Origin: Eledone cirrhosa
Taxonomy: Eukaryota
DNA length: 64,000 bases
Direction: 5' to 3'
Assembly (NCBI GenBank): GCA_964016885.1
Contig: OZ024742.1
Span: 289,044,001 to 289,108,000 of the forward strand
The position numbers were made by a program, and so were the translations under genes. The notes beneath the pieces were generated by a model, which was not told the DNA's origin, did not search any database, and saw only the letters and a list, made by a program, of their open reading frames with translations. Positions 1 through 12,000 of the stretch are shown here, piece after piece (positions within the stretch are counted from its first letter, which is position 1; every line of letters starts with the position of its first letter).

Positions 1-3000
1 GGTGGTAGTAAGGTTGATGGCAGTGGTGGTGGTAGTGGTGGTAGTAAGGTTGATGGTAGAGGTGGTGGTGGTGGTGGTAGTAAGGTTGATGGCAGTGGTG
101 ACGGTGGTGGTGGTAGTAAGGTTGATGGCAGTGGTGTTGGTGGTGGTGGTAGTAAGGTTGATGGTAGTGGTGTTGGTGGTAGTAAGGTTGATGGTAGTGG
201 TGTTGTTGGTGGTGGTAGTAAGGTTGATGGCAGTGGTGTTGGTGGTGGTGGTAGTAAGGTTGATGGCAGTGGTGTTGGTGGTGGTGGTAGTAAGGTTGAT
301 GGCAGTGGTGGTGGTAGTGGTGGTAGTAAGGTTGATGGTAGTGGTGGTGGTGGTGGTAGTAAGGTTGATGGTAGTGGTGTTGGTGGTGGTGGTAGTAAGG
401 TTGATGGTAGTGGTGTTGGTGGTGGTGGTAGTAAGGTTGATGGTAGTGGTGTTGGTGGTAGTAAGGTTGATGGTAGTGGTGTTGTTGGTGGTGGTAGTAA
501 GGTTGATGGCAGTGGTGTTGGTGGTGGTGGTAGTAAGGTTGATGGCAGTGGTGTTGGTGGTGGTGGTAGTAAGGTTGATGGCAGTGGTGTTGGTGGTGGT
601 GGTAGTAAGGTTGATGGTAGTGGTGGTGGTGGTGGTAGTAAGGTTGATGGTAGTGGTGTTGGTGGTGGTGGTAGTAAGGTTGATGGTAGTGGTGTTGGTG
701 GTGGTGGTAGTAAGGTTGATGGCAGTGGTGTTGGTGGTGGTGGTAGTAAGGTTGATGGCAGTGGTGTTGGTGGTGGTGGTAGTAAGGTTGATGGCAGTGG
801 TGTTGGTGGTGGTGGTAGTAAGGTTGATGGCAGTGGTGTTGGTGGTGGTGGTAGTAAGGTTGATGGTAGTGGTGTTGGTGGTGGTGGTAGTAAGGTTGAT
901 GGCAGTGGTGGTGGTAGTGGTGGTAGTAAGGTTGATGGTAGAGGTGGTGGTGGTGGTGGTAGTAAGGTTGATGGTAGTGGTGTTGGTGGTGGTGGAAGTA
1001 AGGTTGATGGTAGTGGTGGTAGTAAGGTTGATGGCAGTGGTGGTGGTAGTGTGGTAGTAAGGTTGATGGCAGTGGTGTTGGTGGTGGTAGTAGTAAGGTT
1101 GATGGCAGTGGTGGAGGTGGAAGTAAGGTTGATGGCAGTGGTGTTGGTGGTGGTGGTAGTAAGGTTGATGGTAGTGGTGTTGGTGGTGGTGGTAGTAAGG
1201 TTGATGGCAGTGGTGGTGGTGGTGGTGGTAGTAAGGTTGATGGCAGTGGTGTTGGTGGTGGTGGTAGTAAGGTTGATGGCAGTGGTGTTGGTGGTGGTGG
1301 TAGTAAGGTTGATGGCAGTGGTGTTGGTGGTGGTGGTAGTAAGGTTGATGGTAGTGGTGTTGGTGGTGGTGGTAGTAAGGTTGATGGCAGTGGTGGTGGT
1401 GGTGGTGGTAGTAAGGTTGATGGCAGTGGTGTTGGTGGTGGTGGTAGTAAGGTTGATGGCAGTGGTGTTGGTGGTGGTGGTAGTAAGGTTGATGGCAGTG
1501 GTGTTGGTGGTGGTGGTAGTAAGGTTGATGGTAGTGGTGTTGGTGGTGGTGGTAGTAAGGTTGATGGTAGTGGTGTTGGTGGTAGTAAGGTTGATGGTAG
1601 TGGTGTTGGTGGTGGTGGTAGTAAGGTTGATGGCAGTGGTGTTGGTGGTGGTGGTAGTAAGGTTGATAGTAGTGGTGTTGGTGGTGGTGGTAGTAAGGTT
1701 GATGGTAGTGGTGTTGGTGGTGGTGGTAGTAAGGTTGATGGCAGTGGTGTTGGTGGTGGTGGTAGTAAGGTTGATGGTAGTGGTGTTGGTGGTGGTGGTA
1801 GTAAGGTTGATGGCAGTGGTGTTGGTGGTGGTGGTAGTAAGGTTGATGGTAGTGGTGTTGGTGGTGGTGGTAGTAAGGTTGATGGCAGTGGTGTTGTTGG
1901 TGGTGGTAGTAAGGTTGATGGCAGTGGTGTTGGTGGTGGTGGTAGTAAGGTTGATGGCAGTGGTGGTGGTGGTGGTAGTAAGGTTGATGGTAGTGGTGTT
2001 GGTGGTGGTGGTAGTAAGGTTGATGGTAGTGGTGTTGGTGGTGGTGGTAGTAAGGTTGATGGCAGTGGTGGTGGTAGTGGTGGTAGTAAGGTTGATGGTA
2101 GTGGTGGTGGTGGTGGTGGTAGTAAGGTTGATGGCAGTGGTGTTGGTGGTGGTGGAAGTAAGATTGATGGTAGTGGTGTTGCTGGTGGTGGTAGTAAGGT
2201 TGATGGCAGTGGTGTTGGTGGTGGTGGTAGTAAGGTTGATGGTAGTGGTGTTGGTGGTGGTGGTAGTAAGGTTGATGGCAGTGGTGTTGGTGGTGGTGGT
2301 AGTAAGGTTGATGGTAGTGGTGGTGGTGGTGGTGGTAGTAAGGTTGATGGCAGTGGTGTTGGTGGTGGTGGTAGTAAGGTTGATGGCAGTGGTGTTGGTG
2401 GTGGTGGTAGTAAGGTTGATGGTAGTGGTGGTGGTGGTGGTGGTAGTAAGGTTGATGGTAGTGGTGTTGGTGGTGGTGGTATTAAGGTTGATGGCAGTGG
2501 TGGTGGTGGTGGTGGTAGTAAGATTGATGGTAGTGGTGGTGGTGGTAGTAAGGTTGATGGCAGTGGTGTTGGTGGTGGTGGTAGTAAGGTTGATGGCAGT
2601 GGTGTTGGTGGTGGTGGTAGTAAGGTTGATGGTAGTGGTGTTGGTGGTGGTAGTAAGGTTGATGGCAGTGGTGTTGGTGGTGGTGGTAGTAAGGTTGATG
2701 GCAGTTGTGTTGGTGGTGGTGATAGTAAGGTTGACGATAGTGGTGTTGGTGTTGGTGGTAGTAAGGTTGATGGCAGTGGTGTTGGTGGTGGTGGTAGTAA
2801 GGTTGATGGTAGTGGTGTTGGTGGTGGTGGTAGTAAGGTTGATGGCAGTGGTGTTGGTGGTGGTGGAAGTAAGGTTGATGGTAGTGGTGGTGGTAGTAAG
2901 GTTGATGGTAGTGGTGTTGGTGGTGGTGATAGTAAGTTTGATGGCAGTGGTGTTGGTGGTGGTGTTAGTAAGGTTGATGGCAGTGGTGTTGGTGGTGGTA

Positions 3001-6000
3001 GTAAGGTTGAAGGCAGTGGTGTTGGTGGTGGTGATAGTAAGTTTGATGGCAGTGGTGTTGGTGGTGGTGTTAGTAAGGTTGATGGCAGTGGTGTTGGTGG
3101 TGGTAGAAAGGTTGATGGCAGAGGTGTTGGTGGTGGAAGTAAGGTTGATGGCAGTGGTGTTGATGGTGGTGGTAGTAAGGTTGATGGCAGTGGTGGTGGT
3201 GGTAGTAAGGTTGATGGTAGTGGTGTTGGTGGTGGTGGTAGTAAGGTTGATGGTAGTGGTGTTGGTGGTGGTGGTAGTAAGGTTGATGGTAGTGGTGTTG
3301 GTGGTGGTGTTAGTAAGGTTGATGGCAGTGGTGGTGGTGGTGGTAGTAAGGTTGATGGCAGTGGTGTTGGTGGTGTTGGTAGTAAGGTTGATGGCAGAGG
3401 TGTTGGTGGTGGAAGTAAGGTTGATGGCAGTGGTGTTGATGGTGGTGGTAGTAAGGTTGATGGTAGTGGTGTTGGTGGTGGTAGTAGTAAGGTTGATGGT
3501 AGTGGTGTTGGTGGTGGTGGTAGTAAGATTGATGGTAGTGGTGTTGGTGGTGGTGGTAGTAAGATTGATGGTAGTGGTGTTGGTGGTGGTGGTAGTAAGG
3601 TTGATGGCAGTGGTGTTGGTGGTGGTGGTAGTAAGGTTGATGGTAGTGGTGTTGGTGGTGGTGGTAGTAAGGTTGATGGCAGTGGTGTTGGTGGTGGTGG
3701 TAGTAAGGTTAATGGTAGTGGTGTTGGTGGTGGTGGTAGTAAGTTTGATGGCAGTGGTGTTGGTGGTAGTAAGGTTGATGGCAGTGGTATTGGTGGTGGT
3801 GGTAGTAAGGTTGATGGCAGTGGTGTTGGTGGTGGTGGTAGTAAGGTTGATGGCAGTGGTGTTGGTGGTGGTGGTAGTAAGGTTGATGGTAGTGGTGGTG
3901 GTGGTGGTGGTAGTAAGGTTGATGGTAGTGGTGTTGGTGGTGGTGGTATTAAGGTTGATGGCAGTGGTGGTGGTGGTGGTGGTAGTAAGGTTGATGGTAG
4001 TGGTGGTGGTGGTAGTAAGGTTGATGGCAGTGGTGTTGGTGGTGGTGGTAGTAAGGTTGATGGTAGTGGTGTTGGTGGTGGTGGTAGTAAGATTGATGGT
4101 AGTGGTGTTGGTGGTGGTGGTAGTAAGGTTGATGGTAGTGGTGTTGGTGGTGGTGGTAGTAAGGTTGATGGTAGTGGTGTTGGTGGTGGTGGTAGTAAGG
4201 TTGATGGCAGTGGTGCTGGTGGTGGTGGTAGTAAGGTTGATGGTAGTGGTGTTGGTGGTGGTGGTAGTAAGGTTGATGGTAGTGGTGTTGGTAGTGTGGT
4301 AGTAAGGTTGATGGCAGTGGTGTTGGTGGTGGCGGTAGTACGGTTGATGGTAGTGGTGTTGGTGGTGGTGGTAGTAAGGTTGATGGCAGTGGTGTTGGTG
4401 GTGGTGGTAGTAAGGTTGATGGCAGTGGTGTTGGTGGTGGTGGTAGTAAGGTTGATGGTAGTGGTGTTGGTGGTGGTAGTAAGGTTGATGGCAGTGGTGT
4501 TGGTGGTGGTGGTAGTAAGGTTGATGGCAGTGGTGTTGGTGGTGTGGTAGTAAGGTTGATGGCAGTGGTGTTGGTGGTGGTGGTAGTAAGGTTGATGGTA
4601 GTGGTGTTGGTGGTGGTGGTATTAAGGTTGATGGTAGTGGTGTTGGTGGTGGTGGTAGTAAGGTTGATGGTAGTGGTGTTGGTAGTGTGGTAGTAAGGTT
4701 GATGGCAGTGGTGTTGGTGGTGGTGGTAGTAAGGTTGATGGTAGTGGATTTGGTGTTGGTGGTGGTGGTAGTAAGATTGATGGTAGTGGTGTTGGTGGTG
4801 GTGGTAGTAAGGTTGATGGTAGTGGTGTTGGTGGTGGTGGTAGTAAGGTTGATGGCAGTGGTGTTGGTGGTGGTGGTAGTAAGGTTGATGGTAGTGGTGT
4901 TGGTGGTGGTGGTAGTAAGGTTGATGGCAGTGGTGTTGGTGGTGGTGGAAGTAAGGTTGATGGTAGTGGTAGTGGTAGTAAGGTTGATGGCAGTGGTGTT
5001 GGTGGTGGTGGTAGTAAGGTTGATGGCAGTGGTGTTGGTGGTGGTGTTAGTAAGGTTGATGGCAGTGGTGTTGGTGGTGGTAGTAAGGTTGAAGGCAGTG
5101 GTGTTGGTGGTGGTGGTAGAAAGGTTGATGGCAGTGGTGTTGGTGGTGGTGTTAGTAAGGTTGATGGCAGTGGTGGTGGTGGTGGTAGTAAGGTTGATTT
5201 CAGTGGTGTTGGTGGTGTGGGTAGTAAGGTTGATGGCAGTGGTGACGGTGGTGGTGGTAGTAAGATTGATGGCAGTGGTGTTGGTGGTGGTGGTAGTAAG
5301 GTTGGTGGCAGTGGTGGTGGTGGTGGTGGTAGTAAGGTTGATGGCAGTGGTGTTGGTGGTGGTGGTAGTAAGGTTGATGGTAGTGGTGGTAGTGGTGGTA
5401 GTAAGGTTGATGGTAGTAGTGTTGGTGGTGGTGGTAGTAAGGTTGATGGCAGTGGTGTTGGTGGTGGTGGTAGTAAGGTTGTTGGCAGTGGTGTTGATGG
5501 TGGTGGTAGTAAGGTTGATGGCAGTGGTGTTGATGGTGGTGGTAGTAAGGTTGATGGTAGTGGTGTTGATGGTGGTGTTAGTAAGGTTGATGGAAGTGGT
5601 GGTGGTGGTGGTGGTAGAAAGGTTGATGGCAGAGGTGTTGGTGGTGGTGGTAGAAAGGTTGATGGCAGTGGTGTTGGTGGTGGTGGTAGTAAGGTTGATG
5701 GCAGTGGTGGTGGTGGTGGTGGTAGAAAGGTTGATGGCAGAGGTGTTGGTGGTGGAAGTAAGGTTGATGGCAGTGGTGGTGGTGGTGGTGGTAGTAAGGT
5801 TGATGGTAGTGGTGTTGGTGGTGGTGGTAGTAAGGTTGATGGTAGTGGTGTTGGTGGTGGTGGTAGTAAGGTTGATGGCAGTGATGGTGGTAGTAAGGTT
5901 GATGGCAGTGGTGTTGATGGTGGTGGTAGTAAGGTTGATGGCAGTGGTGTTGATGGTGGTGGTAGTAAGGTTGATGGCAGTGGTGGTGGTGGTGGTGGTA

Positions 6001-9000
6001 GAAAGGTTGATGGCAGAGGTGTTGGTGGTGGAAGTAAGGTTGATGGCAGTGGTGTTGATGGTGGTGGTAGTAAGGTTGATGGCAGTGGTGGTGGTGGTGG
6101 TGGTGGTAGTAAGGTTGATGGAAGTGGTGTTGGTAGTGTGGTAGTAAGGTTGATGGCAGTGGTGTTGGTGGTGGAAGTAAGGTTGATGGTAGTGGTGTTG
6201 ATGGTGGTGGTAGTAAGGTTGATGGCAGTGGTGGTGGTGGTGGTGGTAGTAAGGTTGATGGTAGTGGTGTTGGTGGTGGTGGTAGTAAGGTTGACGATAG
6301 TGGTGTTGGTGGTGGTGGTAGTAAGGTTGATGGCAGTGGTGTTGGTGGTGGTGGTAGTAAGGTTGATGGTAGTGGTGTTGGTGGTGGTGGAAGTAAGGTT
6401 GATGGCAGTGGTGTTGGTAATGTGGTAGTAAGGTTGATGGCAGTGGTGTTGATGGTGGTGGTAGTAAGGTTGATGGCAGTGGTGTTGGTGGTGGTGGTAG
6501 TAAGGTTGATGGTAGTGGTGTTGGTGGTGGTGGTAGTAAGGTTGATGGTAGTGGTGTTGGTGGTGGTGATAGTAAGGTTGACGATAGTGGTGTTGGTGGT
6601 GGTGGTAGTAAGGTTGATGGCAGTGGTGTTGGTGGTGGTGGTAGTAAGGTTGAAGGCAGTGGTGTTGGTGGTGGTGGTAGTAAGGTTGATGGTAGTGGTG
6701 TTGGTGGTGGTGGTAGTAAGGTTGATGGCAGTGGTGTTGATGGTGGTGGTAGTAAGGTTGATGGCAGTGGTGTTGATGGTGGTGGTAGTAAGGTTGACGA
6801 TAGTGGTGTTGGTGGTGGTGGTAGTAAGGTTGATGGCAGTGGTGTTGGTGGTGGTGGTAGTAAGGTTGAAGGCAGTGGTGTTGGTGGTGGTGGTAGTAAG
6901 GTTGACGATAGTGGTGTTGGTGGTGGTGGTAGTAAGGTTGATGGCAGTGGTGTTGGTGGTGGTGGTAGTAAGGTTGAAGGCAGTGGTGTTGGTGGTGGTG
7001 GTAGTAAGGTTGATGGTAGTGGTGTTGGTGGTGGTGGTAGTAAGGTTGATGGCAGTGGTGTTGATGGTGGTGGTAGTAAGGTTGATGGCAGTGGTGTTGG
7101 TGGTGGTGGTAGTAAGGTTGATGGTAGTGGTGTTGGTGGTGGTGGTAGTAAGGTTGATGGCAGTGGTGTTGGTGGTGGTGGTAGTAAGGTTGATGGTAGT
7201 GGTGTTGGTGGTGGTGGTAGTAAGGTTGATGGTAGTGGTGTTGGTGGTGGTGATAGTAAGGTTGATGGCAGTGGTGTTGGTGATGGTGTTAGTAAGGTTG
7301 ATGGTAGTGGTGTTGGTGGTGGTGGTAGTAAGGTTGATGGTAGTGGTGTTGGTGGTGGTGGTAGTAAGGTTGATGGTAGTGGTGTTGGTGGTGGTGTTAG
7401 TAAGGTTGATGGCAGTGTTGGTGGTGGTGGTAGTAAGGTTGATGGTAGTGGTGTTGGTGGTGGTGGTAGTAAGGTTGATGGTAGTGGTGTTGGTGGTGGC
7501 GGTAGTAAGGTTGATGGCAGTGGTGTTGGTGGTGGTGATAGTAAGGTTGATGGCAGTGGTGTTGGTGGTGGTGGTAGTAAGGTTGATGGTAGTGGTGTTG
7601 GTGGTGGTAGTAAGGTTGATGGCAGTGGTGTTGGTGGTGGTGGTAGTAAGGTTGATGGCAGTGGTGTTGGTGGTGGTGATAGTAAGGTTGATGGTAGTGG
7701 TGTTGGTGTTGGTGGTAGTAAGGTTGATGGCAGTGGTGTTGGTGGTGGTGGTAGTAAGGTTGATGGCAGTGGTGTTGGTGGTGGTGATAGTAAGGTTGAT
7801 GGTAGTGGTGTTGGTGTTGGTGGTAGTAAGGTTGATGGCAGTGGTGTTGGTGGTGGTGGAAGTAAGGTTGATGGTAGTGGTGTTGGTGGTAGTAAGGTTG
7901 ATGGTAGTGGTGTTGGTGGTGGTGTTAGTAAGGTTGATGGCAGTGGTGTTGGTGGTGGTAGTAGTAGGGTTGATGGTAGTGGTGTTGGTGGCGGTGGTAG
8001 TAAGGTTGATGGTAGTGGTGTTGGTGGTGGTGGTAGTAAGGTTGATGGCAGTGGTGGTGGTGGTGGTGGTGGTGGTAGTAAGGTTGATGGCAGTGGTGTT
8101 GGTGGTGGTGGTGGTAGTAAGGTTGATGGCAGTGGTGGTGGTGGTGGTGGTGGTAGTAAGGTTGATGGCAGTGGTGGTGGTGGTGGCGGTGGTAGTAAGG
8201 TTGATGGCAGTGGTGTTGGTAGTGTGGTAGTAAGGTTGATGGCAGTGGTGGTGGTGGTGGTGGTAGTAAGGTTGATGGCAGTGGAGTTGGTGGTGTTGGT
8301 AGTAAGGTTGATGGCAGTGGTGACGGTGGTGGTGGTAGTAAGGTTGATGGTAGTGGTGTTGGTGGTGGCGGTAGTAAGGTTGATGGCAGTGGTGGTGGTG
8401 GTGGTGGTAGTAAGGTTGATGGCAGTGGTGTTGTTGGTGGTGGTAGTAAGGTTGATGGTAGTGGTGTTGGTGGTGGTGGTAGTAAGGTTGATGGCAGTGG
8501 TGGTGGTGGTGGTGGTGGTAGTAAGGTTGATGGCAGTGGTGTTGGTGGTGGTGGTAGTAAGGTTGATGGTAGTGGTGTTGGTGGTGGTGGTAGTAAGGTT
8601 GATGGCAGTGGTGTTGGTGGTGGTGGTAGTAAGGTTGATGGTAGTGGTGTTGGTGGTGGTGGTAGTAAGTTTGATGGCAGTGGTGTTGGCGGTAGTAAGG
8701 TTGATGGTAGTGGTGTTGGTGGTGGTGGTAGTATGGTTGATGGCAGTGGTGTTGGTGGTGGTGGTAGTAAGGTTGATGGTAGTGGTGTTGGTGGTGGTGG
8801 TAGTATGGTTGATGGCAGTGGTGACGGTGGTGGTGGTAGTAAGATTGATGGCAGTGGTGTTGGTGGTGGTGGTAGTAAGGTTGATGGCAGTGGTGGTGGT
8901 GGTGGTGGTAGTAAGGTTGATGGCAGTGGTGTTGGTGGTGGTGGTAGTAAGGTTGATGGTAGTGGTGTTGGTGGTGGTGGTAGTAAGGTTGATGGCAGTG

Positions 9001-12000
9001 GTGGTGGTGGTGGTGGTAGTAAGGTTGATGGCAGTGGTGTTGGTGGTGGTGGTAGTAAGGTTGATGGTAGTGGTGTTGGTGGTGGTGGTAGTAAGGTTGA
9101 TGGCAGTGGTGTTGGTGGTGGTGGTAGTAAGTTTGATGGCAGTGGTGTTGGCGGTAGTAAGGTTGATGGTAGTGGTGTTGGTGGTGGTGGTAGTAAGGTT
9201 GATGGCAGTGGTGTTGGTAGTGTGGTAGTAAGGTTGATGGCAGTGGTGACGGTGGTGGTGGTAGTAAGATTGATGGTAGTGGTGTTGGTGGTGGTAGTAG
9301 TAAGGTTGATGGTAGTGGTGTTGGTGGTGGTGGTAGTAAGATTGATGGTAGTGGTGTTGGTGGTGGTGGTAGTAAGGTTGATGGTAGTGGTGTTGGTGGT
9401 GGTGGTAGTAAGGTTGATGGTAGTGGTGTTGGTGGTGGTGGTAGTAAGGTTGATGGTAGTGGTGTTGGTGGTGGTGGTAGTAAGGTTGTTGGCAGTGGTG
9501 TTGGTGGTGGTGGTAGTAAGGTTGATGGTAGTGGTGTTGGTGGTGGTGGTAGTAAGGTTGATGGTAGTGGTGTTGGTGGTGGTGGTAGTAAGGTTGATGG
9601 TAGTGGTGTTGGTGGTGGTGGTAGTAAGGTTGATGGTAGTGGTGTTGGTGGTGGTGGTAGTAAGGTTGTTGGCAGTGGTGTTGGTGGTGGTGGTAGTAAG
9701 GTTGATGGTAGTGGTGTTGGTGGTGGTGGTAGTAAGGTTGATGGTAGTGGTGTTGGTGGTGGTGGTAGTAAGGTTGATGGTAGTGGTGTTGGTGGTGGTG
9801 GTAGTAAGGTTGATGGTAGTGGTGTTGATGGTGGTGGTAGTAAGGTTGATGGCAGTGGTGTTGGTGGTGGTGGTAGTAAGGTTGATGGTAGTGGTGTTGG
9901 TGGTGGTGGTAGTAAGGTTGATGGTAGTGGTGTTGGTAGTGTGGTAGTAAGGTTGATGGCAGTGGTGTTGGTAGTGTGGTAGTAAGGTTGATGGCAGTGG
10001 TGACGGTGGTGGTGGTAGTAAGATTGATGGCAGTGGTGTTGGTGGTGGTGGTAGTAAGGTTGATGGCAGTGGTGTTGGTGGTGGTGGTAGTAAGGTTGAT
10101 GGCAGTGGTGGTGGTGGTGGTGGTAGTAAGGTTGATGGCAGTGGTGTTGGTGGTGGTGGTAGTAAGGTTGATGGCAGTGGTGTTGGTGGTGGTGGTAGTA
10201 AGGTTGATGGCAGTGGTGTTGGTGGTGGTGGTAGTAAGGTTGATGGCAGTGGTGACGGTGGTGGTGGTAGTAAGATTGATGGCAGTGGTGTTGGTGGTGG
10301 TGGTAGTAAGGTTGATGGCAGTGGTGTTGGTGGTGGTGGTAGTAAGGTTGATGGCAGTGGTGGTGGTGGTGGTGGTAGTAAGGTTGATGGCAGTGGTGGT
10401 GGTGGTGGTGGTAGTAAGGTTGATGGCAGTGGTGTTGGTGGTGGTGGTAGTAAGGTTGATGGTAGTGGTGGTGGTGGTGGTGGTAGTAAGGTTGATGGCA
10501 GTGGTGTTGGTGGTGGTGGTAGTAAGGTTAATGGTAGTGGTGTTGGTGGTAGTAAGGTTGATGGCAGTGGTGTTGGTGGTAGTAAGGTTGATGGCAGTGG
10601 TATTGGTGGTGGTGGTAGTAAGGTTAATGGTAGTGGTGTTGGTGGTAGTAAGTTTGATGGCAGTGGTGTTGGTGGTAGTAAGGTTGATGGCAGTGGTATT
10701 GGTGGTGGTGGTAGTAAGGTTGATGGCAGTGGTGTTGGTGGTGGTGGTAGTAAGGTTGATGGCAGTGGTGTTGGTGGTGGTGGTAGTAAGGATGATGGTA
10801 GTGGTGGTGGTGGTGGTGGTAGTAAGGTTGATGGTAGTGGTGTTGGTGGTGGTGGTATTAAGGTTGATGGCAGTGGTGGTGGTGGTGGTGGTAGTAAGGT
10901 TGATGGTAGTGGTGGTGGTGGTAGTAAGGTTGATGGCAGTGGTGTTGGTGGTGGTGGTAGTAAGGTTGATGGTAGTGGTGTTGGTGGTGGTGGTAGTAAG
11001 ATTGATGGTAGTGGTGTTGGTGGTGGTGGTAGTAAGGTTGATGGTAGTGGTGTTGGTGGTGGTGGTAGTAAGGTTGATGGTAGTGGTGTTGGTGGTGGTG
11101 GTAGTAAGGTTGATGGCAGTGGTGCTGGTGGTGGTGGTAGTAAGGTTGATGGTAGTGGTGTTGGTGGTGGTGGTAGTAAGGTTGATGGTAGTGGTGTTGG
11201 TAGTGTGGTAGTAAGGTTGATGGCAGTGGTGTTGGTGGTGGCGGTAGTACGGTTGATGGTAGTGGTGTTGGTGGTGGTGGTAGTAAGGTTGATGGCAGTG
11301 GTGTTGGTGGTGGTGGTAGTAAGGTTGATGGTAGTGGTGTTGGTAGTGTGGTAGTAAGGTTGATGGCAGTGGTGTTGGTGGTGGTGGTAGTAAGGTTGAT
11401 GGTAGTGGTGTTGGTAGTGTGGTAGTAAGGTTGATGGCAGTGGTGTTGGTGGTGGTGGTAGTAAGGTTGATGGTAGTGGTGTTGGTGGTGGTAGTAAGGT
11501 TGATGGCAGTGGTGTTGGTGGTGGTGGTAGTAAGGTTGATGGCAGTGGTGTTGGTGGTGGTGATAGTAAGGTTGATGGTAGTGGATTTGGTGTTGGTGGT
11601 AGTAAGGTTGATGGCAGTGGTGTTGGTGGTGGTGGTAGTAAGGTTGATGGTAGTGGTGTTGGTGGTGGTGATAGTAAGGTTGATGGTAGTGGATTTGGTG
11701 TTGGTGGTAGTAAGGTTGATGGCAGTGGTGTTGGTGGTGGTGGTAGTAAGGTTGATGGTAGTGGTGTTGGTGGTGGTGGAAGTAAGGTTGATGGTAGTGG
11801 TGGTGTTAGTAAGGTTGATGGCAGTGGTGTTGGTGGTGGTGGTAGTAAGGTTGAAGGCAGTGGTGTTGGTGGTGGTGGTAGAAAGGTTGATGGCAGTGGT
11901 GTTGGTGGTGGTGGTAGTAAGGTTGGTGGCAGTGGTGGTGGTGGTGGTGGTAGTAAGGTTGAAGGCAGTGGTGTTGGTGGTGGTGGTAGAAAGGTTGATG